Assembly (NCBI GenBank): GCA_030748735.1
Contig: JASMLK010000115.1
Coordinates: 354-64,353 of the forward strand
Direction of reading: 5' to 3'
Origin: Myxococcota bacterium
Lineage (GTDB): Bacteria; Myxococcota_A; UBA9160; UBA4427
DNA length: 64,000 bases
The notes below the pieces were generated by a model that saw only the letters and a list, made by a program, of their open reading frames with translations, was not told the origin of the DNA and did no database searches. Positions 10,243-18,567 of this stretch are shown here, one piece after another. The translations under genes and the position numbers were made by a program. Within the stretch, counting starts at the first letter, position 1; each line of letters starts with the position of its first letter.

Positions 10243-10863
10243 ATGTTGCAGCGTTATCTCGTCAGCATCGGACTCGCCGGCTTCGTCACCTTCGGCCTTC
10301 TCTTCATGATGCAGTCGCTGATCTCGATGCAGGGCAAGGGTGCCACGGACACCGACGCGACCCCGATGCTCGAGTTCGTCCGGTTGAAGCGGGAAAGCGC
10401 GACCGAAGCCCGCAAGCGCACGCTGCCGAAGAAGAAGGAGAACAAACCGCCGCCGCCGCCGCCGCCCGACTTCGCAACCTCGCAGGCACCGCGCCCCGGC
10501 ACCGATTCGGTCGCGATCGCAATGCCCGACCTCGGCACCGGCGTAGAACTCAGCGGCGGCGTGACGCTCGGGACCGCGGCCGCCGACACGGAAGCCACCC
10601 CGATCCTGCGCGTTCCGCCCATCTACCCACCCCGTGCCGCAGAGCGTGGCATCGAGGGCTGGGTCGACGTGAAGTTCACGATCAGCCCGATCGGGGCGGT
10701 GGTCGACCCCGAGGTCATCGCATCGCATCCCTCTTCGATCTTCAACCGCGCAGCACTGCGCACGATCAAGAAGTGGAAGTACCGCCCCAAGGTGGTAGAC
10801 GGCGTGGGCGTGCCGCAGACCGGCATCGTGACGCGCATCCAGTTCGACCTCAATGATTCATGA
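10243..10863 (+). CDS. tonB: TonB family energy transducer
   Basis: N-terminal TM helix, Pro-rich spacer (KKKENKPPPPPPPDF), and a C-terminal TonB domain (PIYPPRAAERGIEGWVDVKFTISPIGAVVDPEVI...A). Confidence 0.85.
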   Translation: MLQRYLVSIGLAGFVTFGLLFMMQSLISMQGKGATDTDATPMLEFVRLKRESATEARKRTLPKKKENKPPPPPPPDFATSQAPRPGTDSVAIAMPDLGTGVELSGGVTLGTAAADTEATPILRVPPIYPPRAAERGIEGWVDVKFTISPIGAVVDPEVIASHPSSIFNRAALRTIKKWKYRPKVVDGVGVPQTGIVTRIQFDLNDS

Positions 10864-12212
10864 AGGACCCAGGCTTGACACGCGTGGCTGACAACCGAAC
10901 TCGACGTCTTTCCCGACGCATCGCGCACGCGGTGCTCGTGGCTTCGCTGCTGTTCGCCGGCCTCCCCTTCGTCACCCCGAGTGACACCGCGTGGGCGGCC
11001 GAGAGTTCGAAGAAGAAGAAGAAGTCCAAGCGCAAGAGCTTCGTATTGAGCCCCGTCGTATTCAAGAAGATGAATACGATCCACAAGCTCCTGCAAGAAG
11101 ACGAATACGCCGAGACCGTGCCGCTGCTCCAAAAGCTCGCCGGTCGCTCCAAGCTGACCGATTTCGAGAAGGGCAGCATCTACGAGACGCTCGGTTTCGC
11201 GTATTCGTCCCTCGCTGACTACCCGAAGGCGGCTGCGAGCTTCGAAAAGAGCCTGGCCACGGACGCGCTCCCCGACCTGACGCTCTTGAACATGCGCTTC
11301 AACCTCGCGCAGCTGTATCTCGCACTCGAGGATTTCCCCAAGGCCATCGCGCACCTCGAAGCTTGGATGGCAGAAGTCGAGACGCCCAGCCCAGAGGGGC
11401 ACTACTACCTCGGCGCGGCCCACGCCCAGCTCGGAGAGGCGAAGAAAGCGCTGCCCTACATCGCAGAAGCCGTCGCGCGGTCAACGAAGTTCAACGAAAC
11501 CTGGAACCAGTTGCTGCTGGCCCTGTATTTCGAACTCAAGCAGTACGACGAAGCGGTCGGCGTACTCGCAGCGCTGATCAACCACTCTCCGCGCAAGTCG
11601 TATCTGCAGCAACTCCAAGGGGTCTATGGCGAGCTCGGCCAGGAAAAGAAGGCGCTGGCCGTGATGGAGCTGAGTTATCGCCAGGGGTACCTCGAGAACA
11701 GCAGTGAGCTTCGCAACCTGGCCCATCTGTACCTCTATCACGAAGTACCGAGCCTGGCGGCGGAGGTTCTCTCGAAGGGGCTCGAAGACGGCACGATCGA
11801 CGGCGATCGAGAGTCGTGGGAACTACTGGGCGACGCCTACATCCACGCGCGTGAATACAAGAAGGCCGTCGCCCCCCTTCGCAAGGCCGCCGAACTTGCC
11901 GAAGACGGTGAGGTCTACCTCAAGCTGGCGCGCATCCAACTGGAGTACCAGGACTGGGAGGAGTCGCTCGGCTACCTCGAGCGCGCCATCGAGAAGGGCC
12001 AACTCGACAACCCCGGCGATGCGCAATTGATGCTCGGGATCTCCAGCGCCAAGTCCGGACGCTTCGGTTCTGCGCGCAGGGCTTTCGAGCAGGCCGCGAA
12101 GAACGAGGACAGCAAGAAGTCCGCAATCAACTGGCTGCGACATCTCGAAGAACTCGAGGCGGCCGCCGCGCGCGAGCGGGACGCCGGGGCCTCGGTTTCG
12201 CCCCAGGCTTGA
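10860..12212 (+). CDS. ttpD: TPR-repeat protein, last gene of the TonB2-type cluster (TtpD-like)
   Basis: 450 aa. ATGA overlap with tonB. Signal-like N-terminus followed by repeated TPR-like helices (YxxLGxAYxxLxDYxKA). Confidence 0.7.
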   Translation: MKDPGLTRVADNRTRRLSRRIAHAVLVASLLFAGLPFVTPSDTAWAAESSKKKKKSKRKSFVLSPVVFKKMNTIHKLLQEDEYAETVPLLQKLAGRSKLTDFEKGSIYETLGFAYSSLADYPKAAASFEKSLATDALPDLTLLNMRFNLAQLYLALEDFPKAIAHLEAWMAEVETPSPEGHYYLGAAHAQLGEAKKALPYIAEAVARSTKFNETWNQLLLALYFELKQYDEAVGVLAALINHSPRKSYLQQLQGVYGELGQEKKALAVMELSYRQGYLENSSELRNLAHLYLYHEVPSLAAEVLSKGLEDGTIDGDRESWELLGDAYIHAREYKKAVAPLRKAAELAEDGEVYLKLARIQLEYQDWEESLGYLERAIEKGQLDNPGDAQLMLGISSAKSGRFGSARRAFEQAAKNEDSKKSAINWLRHLEELEAAAARERDAGASVSPQA

Positions 12213-12646
12213 CCGGCAAGCAATCGGCAGCGCGAAATCCCCGCACACGGGTGTATATAATTTCCGCTCACCCATATGTCGCGGGTTACCCGAGGCGCGC
12301 CGGTTCTAGCGACAACCCCGCCAGTGCCTTCTCACACGCCACTCTTCCGAGCGCAGGACGCGCGCGCTTCAACTCCTCGAATCTGCAGCGAAACGACTGA
12401 TTCGAGGCGGAGATGTACCGGATGCTCGCGCGATGCGTCCGCGTGTGATGCCCCTTGCACACAGGTGCATCGGGAACTGGTCGAATTCCGATCGTTATAC
12501 GGATTTCTCTGACATATCCGCGGCCCTCACTCCACACAACACAAAGATTGGCGAGGTGAAGCGCAGTGCGCGTGACCTCGGCCGGCTGTCGAAACCGACC
12601 CGGCGCAACGTCGATCGTTGACTGTGTTGATCGTGAGGAAAACGAG

Positions 12647-13429
12647 ATGAATCGAAAGAGCCCCCCGAGCCGAATCCACCGCGCGGCGCACAAGACACGC
12701 CTCGTGCTTTCGGCGCTGTTCGTCGCGGCCACCCTGGCGTTCGCTTCGAGCGCTGGCGCGGTAACGATCGTCGACTTCAACTTCATCAACCCGAGCGAGA
12801 CCCCGAGCGACGGCACCAACATCAAGACGGATGCAATCGGCGGCCCGTTCTGGGGCACCGTCGATGGTCACATGTCGATCGCCTTTCAAGGCAATGGCAC
12901 TTCGATCGAAGACGGGGACGTCTCGATCGTTGGCGGCTTCCTCGAAACCTTTCAGATCACCGAGGTCGGTACGATCATCCGCGTCGAGGTGGACCTCGAC
13001 GTGTATCTCGTCGACGGCGCCAACGACAACATCGGAACGCTCTCGGGCTGGAACGGAACCAGCGGCACGGTGAGCTTCCACACACGCGTCGACATCATCA
13101 ACGACGGGTACCTGCAGTGCGATGGCACCCTCTGCGGCAGCTTGGGGACCCCGCCCAGTGGAACACGACAGATCTTCGACATGGAACCCAATACCCACGC
13201 GGGAGTCTGGGCCGACATGTCACTCGACTTCGACCTCACGAACCCCGACAATCCGTTTCACTTCCAGCTCGCCGAATCCCTGACCGGGCTCGACCCCAAC
13301 ACGGGAGACGAGGTCGGTTTCATCAGCCTCGAGGGTGAAGGGGCGATCAACCCCGTGCCCGAACCGAGCACGGCCCTGCTCCTGGGCCTTGGCCTCGCTG
13401 GCCTGGCCGCGAAGCGACGCGAGAGCTAG
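12647..13429 (+). CDS. PEP-CTERM sorting-domain secreted protein
   Basis: ATG 12647 follows GAGGAAAACGAG. Signal peptide present. C-terminus VPEPSTALLLGLGLAGLAAKRRES is the PEP-CTERM motif plus TM helix plus basic tail. Confidence 0.8.
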   Translation: MNRKSPPSRIHRAAHKTRLVLSALFVAATLAFASSAGAVTIVDFNFINPSETPSDGTNIKTDAIGGPFWGTVDGHMSIAFQGNGTSIEDGDVSIVGGFLETFQITEVGTIIRVEVDLDVYLVDGANDNIGTLSGWNGTSGTVSFHTRVDIINDGYLQCDGTLCGSLGTPPSGTRQIFDMEPNTHAGVWADMSLDFDLTNPDNPFHFQLAESLTGLDPNTGDEVGFISLEGEGAINPVPEPSTALLLGLGLAGLAAKRRES

Positions 13430-13470
13430 CGCGAGGCGCTTCGAACCAGAGTTCGCGAAGCACCGCATCG

Positions 13471-14481
13471 GTGCAGCGCAATCAAAGCGGGCCGATCGAG
13501 AAACTCTCGACCGGCCCGTTCTCTTTCGAGGCTGCCTCGAATCAGCAGACCGTCTCGGGTTATGCTCTCGCGGTGACGAACTTCGGCAAGAGATCCACCG
13601 CAGAAGAAGTGAGCGAAGGCGTCGACCTCACCGGGCTCACCTCCGTCGTCACCGGTGCCAACACCGGGATCGGCTTCGAAACCGCGCGCGTGATGGCACT
13701 GCGAGGTTCCCATGTCGTCATGGCGTGTCGTGACCCGGCTACCGCAAACGCTGCTCGCGAACGCCTGATTGCGAGCGGCATTCCCGAAGCTCGGCTCGAA
13801 GTGGCGGTACTCGACCTCGCGTCGTTCGAGAGCATTCGTGCATTTGCCGAAGGCTTCCTCGCAAGTGGCCGTCCGCTCCACCGACTGATCAACAACGCGG
13901 GCGTCATGATCCCCATGCGGCGCGAAACCGAAGAAGGCTTCGAGCATCACTTCGGGATCAACCACCTCGGCCACTTCCTGCTGACCAACCTGCTCCTCGA
14001 GGCCCTGCGCAGCGCAGGAGGGGCACGTGTCGTATGCGTTTCATCCGCGGCGATGCAGTTCGCGAGTCTCAGTGCCGAATTCGACGACCTCAACTGGGAA
14101 GCGCGCAAGTTCAGCGGCGTGCGCTCGTACGGCGACTCGAAGTTGATGAACGCGATGTTTGCGAACGAACTCACGCGCCGCTTCGGTGGCGAGGGCATCG
14201 TCGCAAACGCGCTCCACCCCGGCATCATTGCGAGTACGGACCTGGCCCGGGATCAACCGTGGTACATGGGGCTGGTCGGACTGTTGGTGCTTCCCGTGGC
14301 GAAGGACATCCCGCGTGGTGCGGCCACGACGGTCATGCTCGCAACCCGGCCCGAGTACGCCTCGACCGGCGCGCGCTACTTCGGTGACTGCAGCGAGTGG
14401 AAGCCCATGCCGCTGGCCCTCGATGCACAGGCGTGCGCAACGCTGTGGGAACGAAGCAAACGGCTCACAGGGCTCGCTTGA
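13471..14481 (+). CDS. SDR family oxidoreductase (retinol dehydrogenase / WWOX-like subgroup)
   Basis: VVTGANTGIGFETA, NNAG, YGDSKLMN (YxxxK). The start codon is uncertain (GTG 13471). Confidence 0.8.
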   Translation: MQRNQSGPIEKLSTGPFSFEAASNQQTVSGYALAVTNFGKRSTAEEVSEGVDLTGLTSVVTGANTGIGFETARVMALRGSHVVMACRDPATANAARERLIASGIPEARLEVAVLDLASFESIRAFAEGFLASGRPLHRLINNAGVMIPMRRETEEGFEHHFGINHLGHFLLTNLLLEALRSAGGARVVCVSSAAMQFASLSAEFDDLNWEARKFSGVRSYGDSKLMNAMFANELTRRFGGEGIVANALHPGIIASTDLARDQPWYMGLVGLLVLPVAKDIPRGAATTVMLATRPEYASTGARYFGDCSEWKPMPLALDAQACATLWERSKRLTGLA

Positions 14482-15057
14482 GCCGACCGCGTGCGAAGGC
14501 GACGTTCTACGTCTGCCACGAAATGCACGCGAACTCGCACACATATCGAATCGACTACTCGGCGATATCGAATCCGCTCAGCAAACCCCCTGGGGTTTGC
14601 GAATCCGCAACGCAGCGATCCATGAGGCGACGCATCCCACGTAGCGGTGCCCCATCGTTGCCCATGCCATGACCGCGCTGCACCGAGGGGGCGCTTTTTA
14701 CCGTGTTTAATTCGTTTAACACGTACAAGAACGTGTAAGATGAGCCCGTTCCGCGACGCAACCCGTCTCGTTCGTTGCTCGACTTGCGGTCGCCCCGCCC
14801 CGAGCGTTTCGGACCGTCGCCAATGAAACGATGAGGAAGCGGATCAGCGTGGTTTCCAGCCGGTCCTTCGACGTCACGCCCCTCCACCGAGTGTTGCTAC
14901 ACGAGGTAGACGGAGTTGTGCGCGCTTCCCATGACACCAACCGCACCGCTCTTGCGCGGCGCACATCGATTCGAGCGCCTTTTCCTGCGCGCTGTGCAGA
15001 GCGCGTTTCGGAGCTTGCAACGTGAACGACGACGTCCGACGAGATGAGGAATCTGAA

Positions 15058-17478
15058 ATGTCCACGCGCCCCCGAACATCCAGCCTGTTGATCAGCCTCT
15101 TCACGGCGTTCGCCGTTCTCGTCGCGAGCGGCGTCGCACTCGCCGAAGAGCCCTCGGCTGGGGAGGCGCTGGACCAGGCCGAAGAACTCGCCGATGAGGC
15201 GGACGAAGAAGAAGCCGGCGAAGGTCCCGCCGACATCGTCACCGTCACGGCGAACCGTCGTCAAGAAGATATCCAGGACGCCGCCCTTTCGGTCACCGCC
15301 TTGAGTTCGACGTTCATAGAAGACATCGGGCTCACGGACTTCACCGAAATGCAGAAGTTCTCGCCGAACCTCTTGATCACCCCCGGCATCGATTCGCGTT
15401 CTACCGGGATCTCGATCCGTGGCATCGGCAATTCGGGTGGCGCGAACGCAGGCATCGACCCGACCGTCGCTGTCTTCGTCGACGGCGTGTACCAAGGCCG
15501 TGCCGGCATGAGCGTGCAGGACCTGCTCGACGTTCAGAGCATCGAGATCCTGCGTGGCCCGCAAGGAACGCTCTATGGCAAGAACACCGCAGCCGGAGCC
15601 ATCAAAGTCACTACCAAGGATCCCGGCTACGAACCCGAACTAAGCCTCGAGTTCGTAGGCGGTGAGTACGAGGATCTCCAGGGGCGCTTCAGCGGCAACT
15701 ACCCGCTGATCGACGATATCCTCGCAACGCGCACCTCGGGGTACGTTGTCTTTCGCGACGGCTACGAAACGAACCGCGCTGAAGAGCACGACGGCGATGA
15801 CGTCAACAACGCCGAGAAATGGGGTGTCCGCAACAAGACCCTGTGGGACGTTACGGACGATCTGAGCGTGTTGGTAAGTGGCGATTACGCCGTCCAGAAG
15901 CAGGACGGCATGCTCCCGGAAGTCAAGGACTACGCCTGCTACGTGGTGGGGCCGGGGAACGACACGGAGCCACTCGGCAACGCCTGTGACACTGCGGACG
16001 ACCAGGGAATCGAACTCGACAAACGCGCAGACCACACGGCCGACTTCAAGGATCGCGATGTCTACGCGAACGAAAAGCCCAAGAACGATGTCACGACCGG
16101 CGGAGCAGCCCTCGAGATCACCCTTGACCAATGGGACCACACCTTCACGTCGCTGACGTCCTACCGCACCTACACGTCGGATTCGTTCTGGGATTCCGAC
16201 TTCAGCCAACTCGATGTCAGCACGTGGGACATCGAAGTCGAACTCGATCAAATCTCCAGCGAACTCCGCGCTGCCTCGCCTGCATGGGACTACGCCGACT
16301 ACGTGGCGGGCCTGTACTTCTACTACTCAGACATGCAGACCGACGACACCCTGGGAGCCACGGAGGCGTACCTGGGCTTCGATCAGGAAACGACTGGGGA
16401 CAACAACCACACGACGAAGAGCATGGCTGGCTACGCCGATGCGAGTTTCAAGCTGGGCGAACTGTGGGACCGCGCTGAAGAAGAGTGGGGCATCGGCGAT
16501 CTCTGGGGAGAGACCGCAGACATCACGTTCACGACCGGCCTCCGCGTGGGCTGGGAAAGAAAGCTGATCGACGGAAAACACCGCTCCGAGGGACTGCTCG
16601 GCGATGCGCAGACCACCGTCTCCGGCCCCGATATCAACATCGACGAGCACAAAGACGATACGTACGTGACCTTCCGAGAGGTCCTGAAGTACAAGCCGGT
16701 AGAAAACGTGATGCTCTACGCCAGCTATGCGACCGGCTACAAGTCTGGCGGTTACAACCAACTCCGCGGCAACCCGGATCGAACCACCTACTTCAAACCG
16801 GAAAAGTCGAAGAGCTGGGAGGCTGGCCTGAAGACCACCTGGCTGGACCGGATGATCACCTGGAACATCACGGGCTTCTACACCGACTACGAGGACTTCC
16901 AGGTGATCGTCGCCGACGGTGTCAACATCTTCGTACAGAACGCCAAGGGCTTCTATTCGACCGGGTTCGAAACCGACATCTCGATCGTTCCCGTCCCTGG
17001 ATGGCTGACCGTCGTCGGTGTCGGCTACGTCAAGACGAAGTACGACGACTATGAAGATGGCCCCTGTCTCCCCGAGGACCGCATTCTCGCGGGCCTCGGA
17101 GGTGAGTGCTTTCAAGACCTGACGGGTGAGCGGAGAGCGAACACACCTACCTTGAACATCAACCTGTTCTCGTCCTACGAGAACGGCCTGCCCTGGTTCG
17201 ACATCAACTGGTTCGCACAGGTCGATTACAACTACATGAGCAAGCGCTATCTCGACGCCGGTCTCGACAAGGAGCTGCTCACGGATCGCGATCATCTCCT
17301 CGGCCTGCGAGCGGGTCTGCGAGACCCTGAGATGCGCTGGGAGATCACGGCCTGGGTGAAGAACGTGACCGACGAAACGTTCGAGGGGGCGGGCTTCTAC
17401 ATGCCGCTCATCGGCGGGTACGCCGTCGTCCTCGGCCCACCGCGCACGGCGGGCGTGACGTTGCGTGCCAACTTCTAG
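15058..17478 (+). CDS. TonB-dependent outer-membrane receptor
   Basis: ATG 15058 follows GAGGAA. Signal peptide, TonB-box-like DIVTVTA, plug motifs (IEILRGPQGTLYGKNTAAG), and a terminal aromatic residue (TLRANF). Confidence 0.9.
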   Translation: MSTRPRTSSLLISLFTAFAVLVASGVALAEEPSAGEALDQAEELADEADEEEAGEGPADIVTVTANRRQEDIQDAALSVTALSSTFIEDIGLTDFTEMQKFSPNLLITPGIDSRSTGISIRGIGNSGGANAGIDPTVAVFVDGVYQGRAGMSVQDLLDVQSIEILRGPQGTLYGKNTAAGAIKVTTKDPGYEPELSLEFVGGEYEDLQGRFSGNYPLIDDILATRTSGYVVFRDGYETNRAEEHDGDDVNNAEKWGVRNKTLWDVTDDLSVLVSGDYAVQKQDGMLPEVKDYACYVVGPGNDTEPLGNACDTADDQGIELDKRADHTADFKDRDVYANEKPKNDVTTGGAALEITLDQWDHTFTSLTSYRTYTSDSFWDSDFSQLDVSTWDIEVELDQISSELRAASPAWDYADYVAGLYFYYSDMQTDDTLGATEAYLGFDQETTGDNNHTTKSMAGYADASFKLGELWDRAEEEWGIGDLWGETADITFTTGLRVGWERKLIDGKHRSEGLLGDAQTTVSGPDINIDEHKDDTYVTFREVLKYKPVENVMLYASYATGYKSGGYNQLRGNPDRTTYFKPEKSKSWEAGLKTTWLDRMITWNITGFYTDYEDFQVIVADGVNIFVQNAKGFYSTGFETDISIVPVPGWLTVVGVGYVKTKYDDYEDGPCLPEDRILAGLGGECFQDLTGERRANTPTLNINLFSSYENGLPWFDINWFAQVDYNYMSKRYLDAGLDKELLTDRDHLLGLRAGLRDPEMRWEITAWVKNVTDETFEGAGFYMPLIGGYAVVLGPPRTAGVTLRANF

Positions 17479-17533
17479 GCGGGCTGATCGCGGGCAAACG
17501 CTGCGCTGCCCTCCAGTCAGGAGAACCAGACGA

Positions 17534-18016
17534 ATGCCTCGACGGGCCAGCACGATTCACCCACTGGATTGGATCACGATCGGCTTCGCTGTCTGCATCC
17601 TGTCGCTTTTCGCCGTTGCGTCCCTCGCGACCGCCAACGAAGCCAACAAGACCGGCACCCTCGAAGTCGTCGTTACCAATCTCGAATCCGACGAGGGCTA
17701 CCTGGTCATTGCCGTTCTGAACTCGGCCGCCCAGTACGACGCGGGTGACGAGATGTTCCGGTCGAACGCCAAGGTGCCCATCAAGAACGGGACGGCGCGC
17801 ATCACCTTCGAGGGCCTGCCCTTCGGAAGCTACGCGGTGAAGACCTTCCACGACGAAAACGCGAACGGCGAACTCGACACCAACTTCGTCGGTTTCCCGA
17901 AAGAAGGATTCGGTTTCTCGAACAACGCGATGGGGAAGTTTGGGCCCCCGAGCTTCGAGCAGACCCGTTTCGAGTTCGCGAGTGAGTCGCTGCGCATCGA
18001 GATCAAGTCGAGCTGA
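17534..18016 (+). CDS. DUF2141-like periplasmic protein
   Basis: ATG 17534 follows AGGAGA. Pattern GTLEVVVTNLESDEGYLVIAVL...YAVKTFHDENANGELDTNFVGFPKEGFGFSNN matches my recollection of DUF2141. Confidence 0.7.
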   Translation: MPRRASTIHPLDWITIGFAVCILSLFAVASLATANEANKTGTLEVVVTNLESDEGYLVIAVLNSAAQYDAGDEMFRSNAKVPIKNGTARITFEGLPFGSYAVKTFHDENANGELDTNFVGFPKEGFGFSNNAMGKFGPPSFEQTRFEFASESLRIEIKSS

Positions 18017-18567
18017 ACCAGGGCATCCGGCAGGTCGGCCGCCGCGATCGCAATTCACCCGTATTTCGCGAGCAAGCAAGCGGCGTGATCACGGGCCCGG
18101 CACGCCATTCCCCCCGGCTCGCACGCATGGCGACATCACTGCGTGTATTTCGCGTTCGGTGACATCGAGGTGGCCCCCTCTCGCTGTGGGACGTGGACCG
18201 AAGAATGCACCTCAACGCCCCGACGCCCTCAATCCTTCGTACCCGCGCCTGCCAGCGCCCCTCTCCTGACCTCCCATGCGTTCTCCGCTCGTGCTTCTAC
18301 CGCTGGAACCATCACCCTCGCATCGCGGCGCAAGGCTCGAGTCTGAGCGCTCCGAACGTCCGCCAGCGTCGCTGCCCCACAACGCCTCAGTTTGCGATCA
18401 CGATCGGGGAAAGGGGGCGACGCGTCTCAGTACATCCTGCAGACGAAGCCGGGTAGATTCTGCAATTCGACGCGAGAGCGACGCGATTTCTAAGCCTTTT
18501 CGAGTGGTTCGCCGATTCGACTTTCAGGTTGCGCAATACGCGCAGCGGTCTATTTGCGCGAGGAACC

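Noticed and set aside
14581-14736. Hairpin GCAAACCCC/GGGGTTTGC (14581-14600) and inverted repeat ACACGT-N6-ACGTGT (14719-14736) upstream of the TonB-dependent receptor, considered as a riboswitch or Fur box.
   Set aside because: I could see no match to the B12-box or the Fur consensus. Without a U-tract or conservation data the function cannot be supported. They are noted only as candidate regulatory hairpins.
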